DNA of 63,743 nt, filler included, from Raillietiella orientalis (Eukaryota): assembly GCA_036172245.1 (NCBI GenBank). It is 3 parts of 3 records of this genome, joined end to end, with 100 filler letters (N's around TTAATTAATTAA, not from the genome) between each part and the next. Parts side by side here need not be neighbours in the genome. Positions count along the whole stretch, not along the records: positions 1 to 21,727 come from JAYWIR010000232.1; 2 more parts are not named here. The stretch is one strand, 5' to 3'. The position numbers and the translations under genes are program-made. Position 1 is the stretch's first letter. Every line of letters starts with the position of its first letter. Positions 1 through 15,000 of this stretch are shown here, in pieces. The notes under the pieces were generated by a model. That model did not search any database. It was not told the origin of the DNA and saw nothing but the letters and a program-made list of their open reading frames with translations.

Positions 1-3000
1 ATAGGAAGATGGAGGGAAAAAAACTTCATCTCTCCATTGCAAAAATGGTTGCCATGAAAACCAGACTAACACCAATCCTGCCATCTTGAAATTAGTTCGG
101 TTCTCCTATGATTTCTTCCCTTGGAGCAAGGGATTCCGAGGAAGCGGGGATGTGATAAAGGTGCCGTTGCATCCACGGGGAAAGGAATCCGTTCGGATGC
201 TCGGAAGGAGCTTAAAGATGTAATCGACATTATAGAAATTATTAGATATCAGCAGACACTGCAAATTTGCACTGAAAAAAGGAAGATGGAGGGAAGAAAA
301 CTTCATCTCTCCATTGCAAAAATGGTTGCCATGAAAACCAGACTAACACCAATCCTGCCATCTTGAAATTAGTTCGGTTCTCCTATGATTTCTTCCCTTG
401 GAGCAAGGGATTCCGAGGAAGCGGGGATGTGATAAAGGTGCCGTTGCATCCACGGGGAAAGGAATCCGTTCGGATGCTCGGAAGGAGCTTAAAGATGTAA
501 TCGACATTATAGAAATTATTAGATATCAGCAGACACTGCAAATTTGCACTGAAAAAAGGAAGATGGAGGGTAAAAAACTTCATCTCTCCATTGCAAAAAT
601 GGTTGCCATGAAAACCAGACTAACACCTGTCCTGCCATCTTGCAATTAGTTCGGTTCTCCTATGATTTCTTCCCTTGGAGCAAGGGATTCCGAGGAAGTG
701 GGGATGTGATAAAGGTGCCGTTGCATCCACGGGGAAAGGAATCCGTTCGGATGCTCGGAAGGAGCTTAAAGATGTAATCGACATTATAGAAATTGTCTTG
801 ATATCAGCAGACACTGCAAATTTGCACTGAAAAAAGGAAGATGGAGGGAAAAAAACTTCATCTCTTCATTGCAAAAATGGTTGCCATGAAAACCAGACTA
901 ACACCTGTCCTGCCATCTTGCAATTAGTTCGGTTCTCCTATGATTTCTTCACGTGGAGCAAGAGATTCGCAGGAAGTGGGGATGTGATAAAGGTGCCTTT
1001 GCATCCATGGGGAAAGGAATCCGTTCGGATGCTCGGAAGGAGCCGAACGATGTAATAGACATTATAGAAATTGTCTTGAAATCACCAGACACTGCAAATT
1101 TGCACTGAAAAAAGGAAGATGGAGGGTAAAAAACTTCATCTCTCCATTGCAAAAATGGTTGCCATGAAAACCAGACTAACACCAATCCTGCCATCTTGAA
1201 ATTAGTTCGGTTCTCCTATGATTTCTTCCCTTGGAGCAAGGGATTCCGAGGAAGCGGGGATGTGATAAAGGTGCCGTTGCATCCACGGGGAAAGGAATCC
1301 GTTCGGATGCTCGGAAGGAGCTTAAAGATGTAATCGACATTATAGAAATTATTAGATATCAGCAGACACTGCAAATTTGCACTGAAAAAAGGAAGATGGA
1401 GGGTAAAAAACTTCATCTCTCCATTGCAAAAATGGTTGCCATGAAAACCAGACTAACACCAATCCTGCCATCTTGCAATTAGTTCGGTTCTCCTATGATT
1501 TCTTCCCGTGGAGCAAGGGATTCCGAGGAAGTGGGGATGTGATAAAGGTGCCGTTGCATACGGGGAAAGGAATCCGTTCGGATGCTCGGAAGGAGCTTAA
1601 AGATGTAATCGACATTATAGAAATTATAATATCAGCAGACACTGCAAATTTGCACTGAAAAAAGGAAGATGGAAGAAAACTTCATCTCTCCATTGCAAAA
1701 ATGGTTGCCATGAAAACCAGACTAACACCAATCCTGCCATCTTGAAATTAGTTCGGTTCTCCTATGATTTCTTCCCTTGGAGCAAGGGATTCCGAGGAAG
1801 CGGGGATGTGATAAAGGTGCCGTTGCATCCACGGGGAAAGGAATCCGTTCGGATGCTCGGAAGGAGCTTAAAGATGTAATCGACATTATAGAAATTATTA
1901 GATATCAGCAGACACTGCAAATTTGCACTGAAAAAAGGAAGATGGAGGGTAAAAAACTTCATCTCTCCATTGCAAAAATGGTTGCCATGAAAACCAGACT
2001 AACACCTGTCCTGCCATCTTGCAATTAGTTCGGTTCTCCTATGATTTCTTCCCTTGGAGCAAGGGATTCCGAGGAAGTGGGGATGTGATAAAGGTGCCGT
2101 TGCATCCACGGGGAAAGGAATCCGTTCGGATGCTCGGAAGGAGCTTAAAGATGTAATCGACATTATAGAAATTATTAGATATCAGCAGACACTGCAAATT
2201 TGCACTGAAAAAAGGAAGATGGAGGGTAAAAAACTTCATCTCTCCATTGCAAAAATGGTTGCCATGAAAACCAGACTAACACCTGTCCTGCCATCTTGAA
2301 ATTAGTTCGGTTCTCCTATGATTTCTTCCCTTGGAGCAAGGGATTCCGAGGAAGTGGGGATGTGATAAAGGTGCCTTTGCATCCATGGGGAAAGGAATCC
2401 GTTCGGATGCTCGGAAGGAGCCGAACGATGTAATAGACATTATAGAAATTGTCTTGAAATCACCAGACACTGCAAATTTGCACTGAAAAAAGGAAGATGG
2501 AGGGAAGAAAACTTCATCTCTCCATTGCAAAAATGGTTGCCATGAAAACCAGACTAACACCTGTCCTGCCATCTTGAAATTAGTTCGGTTCTCCTATGAT
2601 TTCTTCCCTTGGAGCAAGGGATTCCGAGGAAGTGGGGATGTGATAAAGGTGCCGTTGCATCCACGGGGAAAGGAATCCGTTCGGATGCTCGGAAGGAGCC
2701 TAAAGATGTAATCGACATTATAGAAATTGATTAGATATCACCAGACACTGCAAATTTGCACTGAAAAAAGGAAGATGGAGGGTAAAAACCTTCATCTCTC
2801 CATTGCAAAAATGGTTGCCATGAAAACCAGACTAACACCTGTCCTGCCATCTTGCAATTAGTTCGGTTCTCCTATGATTTCTTCCCTTGGAGCAAGGGAT
2901 TCCGAGGAAGCGGGGATGTGATAAAGGTGCCTTTGCATCCACGGGGAAAGGAATCCGTTCGGATGCTCGGAAGGAGCTTAAAGATGCAATAGACATTATA

Positions 3001-6000
3001 GAAATTGAATAGATATCAGCAGACACTGCAAATTTCCACTGAAAATAGGAAGATGGACAGAAAAAAACTTCATCTGTCCTTTGCAAAAATGATTGCCATG
3101 AGAACCAGACTAAAACCTGTCCTGCCATCTTGCAATTAGTTCGTTTCTCCTATGATTTCTTCTCGTGGAGCAAGAGATTCGGAGGAAGTGGGGATGTGAT
3201 AAAGGTGCCGTTGCATCCACGGGGAAAGGAATCCGTTCGAATGCTCGGAAGGAGCATAAAGATGTAATCGACATTATAGAAATTGATTAGATATCACCAG
3301 ACACTGCAAATTTGCACTGAAAAAAGGAAGATGGAGGGTAAAAAACTTCATCTCTCCATTGCAAAAATGGTTGCCATGAAAACCAGACTAACACCAATCC
3401 TGCCATCTTGCAATTAGTTCGGTTCTCCTATGATTTCTTCCCTTGGAGCAAGGGATTCCGAGGAAGCGGGGATGTGATAAAGGTGCCGTTGCATCCACGG
3501 GGAAAGGAATCCGTTCGGATGCTCGGAAGGAGCTTAAAGATGTAATCGACATTATAGAAATTATTAGATATCAGCAGACACTGCAAATTTGCACTGAAAA
3601 AAGGAAGATGGAGGGAAGAAAACTTCATCTCTCCATTGCAAAAATGGTTGCCATGAAAACCAGACTAACACCTGTCCTGCCATCTTGCAATTAGTTCGGT
3701 TCTCCTATGATTTCTTCCCTTGGAGCAAGGGATTCCGAGGAAGTGGGGATGTGATAAAGGTGCCGTTGCATCCATGGGGAAAGGAATCCGTTCGGATGCT
3801 CGGAAGGAGCCGAACGATGTAATAGACATTATAGAAATTGTCTTGAAATCACCAGACACTGCAAATTTGCACTGAAAAAAGGAAGATGGAGGGAAGAAAA
3901 CTTCATCTCTCCATTGCAAAAATGGTTGCCATGAAAACCAGACTAACACCAATCCTGCCATCTTGAAATTAGTTCGGTTCTCCTATGATTTCTTCCCTTG
4001 GAGCAAGGGATTCCGAGGAAGCGGGGATGTGATAAAGGTGCCGTTGCATCCACGGGGAAAGGAATCCGTTCGGATGCTCGGAAGGAGCTTAAAGATGTAA
4101 TCGACATTATAGAAATTATTAGATATCAGCAGACACTGCAAATTTGCACTGAAAATAGAAAGATGGACAGAAAAAAACTTCATCTGTCCTTTGCAAAAAT
4201 AATTGCCATGAGAACCAGACTAACACCTGTCCTGCCATCTTGCAATTAGTTCGGTTCTCCTATGATTTCTTCACGTGGAGCAAGAGATTCGCAGGAAGTG
4301 GGGATGTGATAAAGGTGCCTTTGCATCCATGGGGAAAGGAATCCGTTCGGATGCTCGGAAGGAGCCGAACGATGTAATCGACATTATAGAAATTGATTAG
4401 ATATCACCAGACACTGCAAATTTGCACTGAAAAAAGGAAGATGGAGGGTAAAAAACTTCATCTCTCCATTGCAAAAATGGTTGCCATGAAAACCAGACTA
4501 ACACCAATCCTGCCATCTTGCAATTAGTTCGGTTCTCCTATGATTTCTTCCCTTGGAGCAAGGGATTCCGAGGAAGCGGGGATGTGATAAAGGTGCCGTT
4601 GCATCCACGGGGAAAGGAATCCGTTCGGATGCTCGGAAGGAGCTTAAAGATGTAATCGACATTATAGAAATTGATTAGATATCAGCAGACACTGCAAATT
4701 TGCACTGAAAAAAGGAAGATGGAGGGTAAAAAACTTCATCTCTCCATTGCAAAAATGGTTGCCATGAAAACCAGACTAACACCTGTCCTGCCATCTTGCA
4801 ATTAGTTCGGTTCTCCTATGATTTCTTCTCGTGGAGCAAGAGATTCGGAGGAAGTGGGGATGTGATAAAGGTGCCGTTGCATCCACGGGGAAAGGAATCC
4901 GTTCGAATGCTCGGAAGGAGCATAAAGATGTAATCGACATTATAGAAATTGATTAGATATCAGCAGACACTGCAAATTTGCACTGAAAAAAGGAAGATGG
5001 AGGGTAAAAAACTTCATCTCTCCATTGCAAAAATGGTTGCCATGAAAACCAGACTAACACCTGTCCTGCCATCTTGCAATTAGTTCGGTTCTCCTATGAT
5101 TTCTTCACGTGGAGCAAGAGATTCGCAGGAAGTGGGGATGTGATAAAGGTGCCTTTGCATCCATGGGGAAAGGAATCCGTTCGGATGCTCGGAAGGAGCC
5201 GAACGATGTAATAGACATTATAGAAATTGTCTTGAAATCACCAGACACTGCAAATTTGCACTGAAAAAAGGAAGATGGAGGGTAAAAAACGACATCTCTC
5301 CATTGCAAAAATGGTTGCCATGAAAACCAGACTAACACCAATCCTGCCATCTTGAAATTAGTTCGGTTCTCCTATGATTTCTTCTCGTGGAACAAGGCAT
5401 TCCGAGGAAGTGGGGATGTGATAAAGGTGCCGTTGCATCCACGGGGAAAGGAATCCGTTCGGATGCTCGGAAGGAGCTTAAAGATGTAATCGACATTATA
5501 GAAATTGATTATTTATCAGCAGACACTGCAAATTTGCACTGAAAATAGGAAGATGGACAGAAAAAAACTTCATCTGTCCTTTGCAAAAATAATTGCCATG
5601 AGAACCAGACTAACACCTGTCCTGCCATCTTGCAATTAGTTCGGTTCTCCTATGATTTCTTCACGTGGAGCAAGAGATTCGCAGGAAGTGGGGATGTGAT
5701 AAAGGTGCCTTTGCATCCATGGGGAAAGGAATCCGTTCGGATGCTCGGAAGGAGCCGAACGATGTAATAGACATTATAGAAATTGTCTTGAAATCACCAG
5801 ACACTGCAAATTTGCACTGAAAAAAGGAAGATGGAGGGAAGAAAACTTCATCTCTCCATTGCAAAAATGGTTGCCATGAAAACCAGACTAACACCAATCC
5901 TGCCATCTTGAAATTAGTTCGGTTCTCCTATGATTTCTTCCCTTGGAGCAAGGGATTCCGAGGAAGCGGGGATGTGATAAAGGTGCCGTTGCATCCACGG

Positions 6001-9000
6001 GGAAAGGAATCCGTTCGGATGCTCGGAAGGAGCTTAAAGATGTAATCGACATTATAGAAATTATTAGATATCAGCAGACACTGCAAATTTGCACTGAAAA
6101 AAGGAAGATGGAGGGTAAAAAACTTCATCTCTCCATTGCAAAAATGGTTGCCATGAAAACCAGACTAACACCTGTCTTGCCATCTTGCAATTAGTTCGGT
6201 TCTCCTATGATTTCTTCCCTTGGAGCAAGGGATTCCGAGGAAGCGGGGATGTGATAAAGGTGCCTTTGCATCCATGGGTAAAGGAATCCGTTCGGATGCT
6301 CGGAAGGAGCTTAAAGATGCAATAGACATTATAGAAATTGAATAGATATCAGCAGACACTGCAAATTTCCACTGAAAATAGGAAGATGGACAGAAAAAAA
6401 CTTCATCTGTCCTTTCCAAAAATGATTGCCATGAGAACCAGACTAAAACCTGTCCTGCCATCTTGCAATTAGTTCGGTTCTCCTATGATTTCTTCTCGTG
6501 GAGCAAGAGATTCGGAGGAAGTGGGGATGTGATAAAGGTGCCGTTGCATCCACGGGGAAAGGAATCCGTTCGAATGCTCGGAAGGAGCATAAAGATGTAA
6601 TCGACATTATAGAAATTGATTAGATATCACCAGACACTGCAAATTTGCACTGAAAAAAGGAAGATGGAGGGTAAAAACCTTCATCTCTCCATTGCAAAAA
6701 TGGTTGCCATGAAAACCAGACTAACACCAATCCTGCCATCTTGCAATTAGTTCGGTTCTCCTATGATTTCTTCCCTTGGAGCAAGGGATTCCGAGGAAGC
6801 GGGGATGTGATAAAGGTGCCGTTGCATCCACGGGGAAAGGAATCCGTTCGGATGCTCGGAAGGAGCTTAAAGATGTAATCGACATTATAGAAATTATTAG
6901 ATATCAGCAGACACTGCAAATTTGCACTGAAAAAAGGAAGATGGAGGGAAAAAAACTTCATCTCTCCATTGCAAAAATGGTTGCCATGAAAACCAGACTA
7001 ACACCTGTCCTGCCATCTTGCAATTAGTTCGGTTCTCCTATGATTTCTTCCCGTGGAGCAAGGGATTCCGAGGAAGTGGGGATGTGATAAAGGTGCCTTT
7101 GCATCCATGGGGAAAGGAATCCGTTCGGATGCTCGGAAGGAGCCGAACGATGTAATAGACATTATAGAAATTGTCTTGAAATCACCAGACACTGCAAATT
7201 TGCACTGAAAAAAGGAAGATGGAGGGAAGAAAACTTCATCTCTCCATTGCAAAAATGGTTGCCATGAAAACCAGACTAACACCAATCCTGCCATCTTGAA
7301 ATTAGTTCGGTTCTCCTATGATTTCTTCCCTTGGAGCAAGGGATTCCGAGGAAGCGGGGATGTGATAAAGGTGCCGTTGCATCCACGGGGAAAGGAATCC
7401 GTTCGGATGCTCGGAAGGAGCTTAAAGATGTAATCGACATTATAGAAATTATTAGATATCAGCAGACACTGCAAATTTGCACTGAAAATAGGAAGATGGA
7501 GAGAAAAAAACTTCATCTGTCCTTTGCAAAAATGATTGCCATGAGAACCAGACTAACACCTGTCCTGCCATCTTGCAATTAGTTCGGTTCTCCTATGATT
7601 TCTTCACGTGGAGCAAGAGATTCGGAGGAAGTGGGGATGTGATAAAGGTGCCTTTGCATCCATGGGGAAAGGAATCCGTTCGGATGCTCGGAAGGAGCCG
7701 AACGATGTAATAGACATTATAGAAATTGTCTTGAAATCACCAGACACTGCAAATTTGCACTGAAAAAAGGAAGATGGAGGGAAGAAAACTTCATCTCTCC
7801 ATTGCAAAAATGGTTGCCATGAAAACCAGACTAACACCAATCCTGCCATCTTGAAATTAGTTCGGTTCTCCTATGATTTCTTCCCTTGGAGCAAGGGATT
7901 CCGAGGAAGCGGGGATGTGATAAAGGTGCCGTTGCATCCACGGGGAAAGGAATCCGTTCGGATGCTCGGAAGGAGCTTAAAGATGTAATCGACATTATAG
8001 AAATTGATTATTTATCAGCAGACACTGCAAATTTGCACTAAAATAAGATGGAGAAAAACTTCATCTGTCCTTGCAAAAATTTGCCATGAGAATATCAGCA
8101 GACACTGCAAATTTGCACTGAAAATAGGAAGATGGAGAGAAAAAAACTTCATCTGTCCTTTGCAAAAATAATTGCCATGAGAACCAGACTAACACCTGTC
8201 CTGCCATCTTGCAATTAGTTCGGTTCTCCTATGATTTCTTCACGTGGAGCAAGAGATTCGGAGGAAGTGGGGATGTGATAAAGGTGCCTTTGCATCCATG
8301 GGGAAAGGAATCCGTTCGGATGCTCGGAAGGAGCCGAACGATGTAATAGACATTATAGAAATTGTCTTGAAATCACCAGACACTGCAAATTTGCACTGAA
8401 AAAAGGAAGATGGAGGGAAGAAAACTTCATCTCTCCATTGCAAAAATGGTTGCCATGAAAACCAGACTAACACCAATCCTGCCATCTTGAAATTAGTTCG
8501 GTTCTCCTATGATTTCTTCCCTTGGAGCAAGGGATTCCGAGGAAGCGGGGATGTGATAAAGGTGCCGTTGCATCCACGGGGAAAGGAATCCGTTCGGATG
8601 CTCGGAAGGAGCTTAAAGATGTAATCGACATTATAGAAATTATTAGATATCAGCAGACACTGCAAATTTGCACTGAAAAAAGGAAGATGGAGGGTAAAAA
8701 ACTTCATCTCTCCATTGCAAAAATAGTTGCCATGAAAACCAGACTAACACCTGTCCTGCCATCTTGCAATTAGTTCGGTTCTCCTATGATTTCTTCCCTT
8801 GGAGCAAGGGATTCGCAGGAAGTGGGGATGTGATAAAGGTGCCGTTGCATCCACGGGGAAAGGAATCCGTTCGGATGCTCGGAAGGAGCTTAAAGATGTA
8901 ATCGACATTATAGAAATTAGATATCAGCAGACACTGCAAATTTGCACTGAAAATAGGAAGATGGACAGAAAAAAACTTCATCTGTCCTTTGCAAAAATAA

Positions 9001-12000
9001 TTGCCATGAGAACCAGACTAACACCTGTCCTGCCATCTTGCAATTAGTTCGGTTCTCCTATGATTTCTTCACGTGGAGCAAGAGATTCGGAGGAAGTGGG
9101 GATGTGATAAAGGTGCCTTTGCATCCACGGGGAAAGGAATCCGTTCGGATGCTCGGAAGGAGCCGAACGATGTAATAGACATTATAGAAATTGTCTTGAA
9201 ATCACCAGACACTGCAAATTTGCACTGAAAAAAGGAAGATGGAGGGAAGAAAACTTCATCTCTCCATTGCAAAAATGGTTGCCATGAAAACCAGACTAAC
9301 ACCAATCCTGCCATCTTGAAATTAGTTCGGTTCTCCTATGATTTCTTCCCTTGGAGCAAGGGATTCCGAGGAAGCGGGGATGTGATAAAGGTGCCGTTGC
9401 ATCCACGGGGAAAGGAATCCGTTCGGATGCTCGGAAGGAGCTTAAAGATGTAATCGACATTATAGAAATTGATTAGATATCAGCAGACACTGCAAATTTG
9501 CACTGAAAAAAGGAAGATGGAGGGTAAAAACTTCATCTCTCCATTGCAAAAATGGTTGCCATGAAAACCAGACTAACACCTGTCCTGCCATCTTGCAATT
9601 AGTTCGGTTCTCCTATGATTTCTTCCCTTGGAGCAAGGGATTCCGAGGAAGCGGGGATGTGATAAAGGTGCCGTTGCATCCACGGGGAAAGGAATCCGTT
9701 CGGATGCTCGGAAGGAGCTTAAAGATGTAATCGACATTATAGAAATTGATTAGATATCAGCAGACACTGCAAATTTGCACTGAAAAAAGGAAGATGGAGG
9801 GTAAAAAACTTCATCTCTCCATTGCAAAAATAGTTGCCATGAAAACCAGACTAACACCTGTCCTGCCATCTTGCAATTAGTTCGGTTCTCCTATGATTTC
9901 TTCCCTTGGAGCAAGGGATTCCGAGGAAGCGGGGATGTGATAAAGGTGCCGTTGCATCCACGGGGAAAGGAATCCGTTCGGATGCTCGGAAGGAGCTTAA
10001 AGATGTAATCGACATTATAGAAATTGATTAGATATCAGCAGACACTGCAAATTTGCACTGAAAAAAGGAAGATGGAGGGTAAAAAACTTCATCTCTCCAT
10101 TGCAAAAATGGTTGCCATGAAAACCAGACTAACACCTGTCCTGCCATCTTGCAATTAGTTCGGTTCTCCTATGATTTCTTCCCTTGGAGCAAGGGATTCC
10201 GAGGAAGCGGGGATGTGATAAAGGTGCCGTTGCATCCACGGGGAAAGGAATCCGTTCGGATGCTCGGAAGGAGCTTAAAGATGTAATCGACATTATAGAA
10301 ATTGATTAGATATCAGCAGACACTGCAAATTTGCACTGAAAAAAGGAAGATGGAGGGTAAAAAACTTCATCTCTCCATTGCAAAAATGGTTGCCATGAAA
10401 ACCAGACTAACACCTGTCCTGCCATCTTGCAATTAGTTCGGTTCTCCTATGATTTCTTCCCTTGGAGCAAGGGATTCCGAGGAAGCGGGGATGTGATAAA
10501 GGTGCCGTTGCATCCACGGGGAAAGGAATCCGTTCGGATGCTCGGAAGGAGCTTAAAGATGTAATCGACATTATAGAAATTGATTAGATATCAGCAGACA
10601 CTGCAAATTTGCACTGAAAAAAGGAAGATGGAGGGTAAAAACTTCATCTCTCCATTGCAAAAATGGTTGCCATGAAAACCAGACTAACACCTGTCCTGCC
10701 ATCTTGCAATTAGTTCGGTTCTCCTATGATTTCTTCCCTTGGAGCAAGGGATTCCGAGGAAGCGGGGATGTGATAAAGGTGCCGTTGCATCCACGGGGAA
10801 AGGAATCCGTTCGGATGCTCGGAAGGAGCTTAAAGATGTAATCGACATTATAGAAATTATTAGATATCAGCAGACACTGCAAATTTGCACTGAAAAAAGG
10901 AAGATGGAGGGTAAAAAACTTCATCTCTCCATTGCAAAAATGGTTGCCATGAAAACCAGACTAACACCAATCCTGCCATCTTGAAATTAGTTCGGTTCTC
11001 CTATGATTTCTTCCCTTGGAGCAAGGGATTCCGAGGAAGCGGGGATGTGATAAAGGTGCCGTTGCATCCACGGGGAAAGGAATCCGTTCGGATGCTCGGA
11101 AGGAGCTTAAAGATGTAATCGACATTATAGAAATTGATTATTCATCAGCAGACACTGCAAATTTGCACTAAAAATAGAAAGATGGACAGAAAAAAACTTC
11201 ATCTGTCCTTTGCAAAAATAATTGCCATGAGAATATTCATCAGCAGACACTGCAAATTTGCACTGAAAATAGGAAGATGGACAGAAAAAAACTTCATCTG
11301 TCCTTTGCAAAAATAATTGCCATGAGAACCAGACTAACACCTGTCCTGCCATCTTGCAATTAGTTCGGTTCTCCTATGATTTCTTCACGTGGAGCAAGAG
11401 ATTCGGAGGAAGTGGGGATGTGATAAAGGTGCCTTTGCATCCATGGGGAAAGGAATCCGTTCGGATGCTCGGAAGGAGCCGAACGATGTAATAGACATTA
11501 TAGAAATTGTCTTGAAATCACCAGACACTGCAAATTTGCACTGAAAAAAGGAAGATGGAGGGAAGAAAACTTCATCTCTCCATTGCAAAAATGGTTGCCA
11601 TGAAAACCAGACTAACACCAATCCTGCCATCTTGAAATTAGTTCGGTTCTCCTATGATTTCTTCCCTTGGAGCAAGGGATTCCGAGGAAGCGGGGATGTG
11701 ATAAAGGTGCCGTTGCATCCACGGGGAAAGGAATCCGTTCGGATGCTCGGAAGGAGCTTAAAGATGTAATCGACATTATAGAAATTATTAGATATCAGCA
11801 GACACTGCAAATTTGCACTGAAAAAAGGAAGATGGAGGGTAAAAAACTTCATCTCTCCATTGCAAAAATGGTTGCCATGAAAACCAGACTAACACCTGTC
11901 CTGCCATCTTGCAATTAGTTCGGTTCTCCTATGATTTCTTCCCGTGGAGCAAGGGATTCCGAGGAAGTGGGGATGTGATAAAGGTGCCGTTGCATCCACG

Positions 12001-15000
12001 GGGAAAGGAATCCGTTCGGATGCTCGGAAGGAGCTTAAAGATGTAATCGACATTATAGAAATTATTAGATATCAGCAGACACTGCAAATTTGCACTGAAA
12101 ATAGAAAGATGGACAGAAAAAAACTTCATCTGTCCTTTGCAAAAATAATTGCCATGAGAACCAGACTAACACCTGTCCTGCCATCTTGCAATTAGTTCGG
12201 TTCTCCTATGATTTCTTCACGTGGAGCAAGAGATTCGCAGGAAGTGGGGATGTGATAAAGGTGCCTTTGCATCCATGGGGAAAGGAATCCGTTCGGATGC
12301 TCGGAAGGAGCCGAACGATGTAATAGACATTATAGAAATTGTCTTGAAATCACCAGACACTGCAAATTTGCACTGAAAAAAGGAAGATGGAGGGAAGAAA
12401 ACTTCATCTCTCCATTGCAAAAATGGTTGCCATGAAAACCAGACTAACACCAATCCTGCCATCTTGAAATTAGTTCGGTTCTCCTATGATTTCTTCCCTT
12501 GGAGCAAGGGATTCCGAGGAAGCGGGGATGTGATAAAGGTGCCGTTGCATCCACGGGGAAAGGAATCCGTTCGGATGCTCGGAAGGAGCTTAAAGATGTA
12601 ATCGACATTATAGAAATTGATTAGATATCAGCAGACACTGCAAATTTGCACTGAAAAAAGGAAGATGGAGGGTAAAAAACTTCATCTCTCCATTGCAAAA
12701 ATGGTTGCCATGAAAACCAGACTAACACCTGTCCTGCCATCTTGCAATTAGTTCGGTTCTCCTATGATTTCTTCCCTTGGAGCAAGGGATTCCGAGGAAG
12801 TGGGGATGTGATAAAGGTGCCGTTGCATCCACGGGGAAAGGAATCCGTTCGGATGCTCGGAAGGAGCTTAAAGATGTAATCGACATTATAGAAATTATTA
12901 GATATCAGCAGACACTGCAAATTTGCACTGAAAAAAGGAAGATGGAGGGTAAAAAACTTCATCTCTCCATTGCAAAAATAGTTGCCATGAAAACCAGACT
13001 AACACCTGTCCTGCCATCTTGCAATTAGTTCGGTTCTCCTATGATTTCTTCCCTTGGAGCAAGGGATTCCGAGGAAGCGGGGATGTGATAAAGGTGCCGT
13101 TGCATCCACGGGGAAAGGAATCCGTTCGGATGCTCGGAAGGAGCTTAAAGATGTAATCGACATTATAGAAATTGATTAGATATCAGCAGACACTGCAAAT
13201 TTGCACTGAAAAAAGGAAGATGGAGGGTAAAAAACTTCATCTCTCCATTGCAAAAATGGTTGCCATGAAAACCAGACTAACACCTGTCCTGCCATCTTGC
13301 AATTAGTTCGGTTCTCCTATGATTTCTTCCCTTGGAGCAAGGGATTCCGAGGAAGCGGGGATGTGATAAAGGTGCCGTTGCATCCACGGGGAAAGGAATC
13401 CGTTCGGATGCTCGGAAGGAGCTTAAAGATGTAATCGACATTATAGAAATTGATTAGATATCAGCAGACACTGCAAATTTGCACTGAAAAAAGGAAGATG
13501 GAGGAAGAAAACTTCATCTCTCCATTGCAAAAATGGTTGCCATGAAAACCAGACTAACACCTGTCCTGCCATCTTGCAATTAGTTCGGTTCTCCTATGAT
13601 TTCTTCAGCAAGGGATTCCGAGGAAGTGGGGATGTGATAAAGGTGCCGTTGCATCCACGGGGAAAGGAATCCGTTCGGATGCTCGGAAGGAGCTTAAAGA
13701 TGTAATCGACATTATAGAAATTGATTAGATATCAGCAGACACTGCAAATTTGCACTGAAAAAAGGAAGATGGAGGGTAAAAAACTTCATCTCTCCATTGC
13801 AAAAATGGTTGCCATGAAAACCAGACTAACACCAATCCTGCCATCTTGAAATTAGTTCGGTTCTCCTATGATTTCTTCCCTTGGAGCAAGGGATTCCGAG
13901 GAAGCGGGGATGTGATAAAGGTGCCGTTGCATCCACGGGGAAAGGAATCCGTTCGGATGCTCGGAAGGAGCTTAAAGATGTAATCGACATTATAGAAATT
14001 ATTAGATATCAGCAGACACTGCAAATTTGCACTGAAAAAAGGAAGATGGAGGGTAAAAAACTTCATCTCTCCATTGCAAAAATAGTTGCCATGAAAACCA
14101 GACTAACACCTGTCCTGCCATCTTGCAATTAGTTCGGTTCTCCTATGATTTCTTCTCGTGGAACAAGGCATTCCGAGGAAGTGGGGATGTGATAAAGGTG
14201 CCGTTGCATCCACGGGGAAAGGAATCCGTTCGGATGCTCGGAAGGAGCTTAAAGATGTAATCGACATTATAGAAATTATTAGATATCAGCAGACACTGCA
14301 AATTTGCACTGAAAATAGAAAGATGGACAGAAAAAAACTTCATCTGTCCTTTGCAAAAATAATTGCCATGAGAACCAGACTAACACCTGTCCTGCCATCT
14401 TGCAATTAGTTCGGTTCTCCTATGATTTCTTCACGTGGAGCAAGAGATTCGGAGGAAGTGGGGATGTGATAAAGGTGCCTTTGCATCCATGGGGAAAGGA
14501 ATCCGTTCGGATGCTCGGAAGGAGCCGAACGATGTAATAGACATTATAGAAATTGTCTTGAAATCACCAGACACTGCAAATTTGCACTGAAAAAAGGAAG
14601 ATGGAGGGTAAAAAACTTCATCTCTCCATTGCAAAAATGGTTGCCATGAAAACCAGACTAACACCAATCCTGCCATCTTGAAATTAGTTCGGTTCTCCTA
14701 TGATTTCTTCTCGTGGAGCAAGGGATTCCGAGGAAGTGGGGATGTGATAAAGGTGCCGTTGCATCCACGGGGAAAGGAATCCGTTCGGATGCTCGGAAGG
14801 AGCTTAAAGATGTAATCGACATTATAGAAATTGATTATTTATCAGCAGACACTGCAAATTTGCACTGAAAATAGGAAGATGGACAGAAAAAAACTTCATC
14901 TGTCCTTTGCAAAAATAATTGCCATGAGAACCAGACTAACACCTGTCCTGCCATCTTGCAATTAGTTCGGTTCTCCTATGATTTCTTCACGTGGAGCAAG

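Noticed and set aside
191..208. CENP-B box-like TTCG..CGG in either satellite
   Set aside because: The spacing and conserved bases do not fit NTTCGNNNNANNCGGGN.
11139..11245. Satellite-encoded hammerhead ribozyme (CTGATGA on the minus strand)
   Set aside because: The core occurs only in this variant monomer (the others read CTGATAT, CTGATAA or GTGAT), and I could not assemble the three stems. An Infernal search would settle it.
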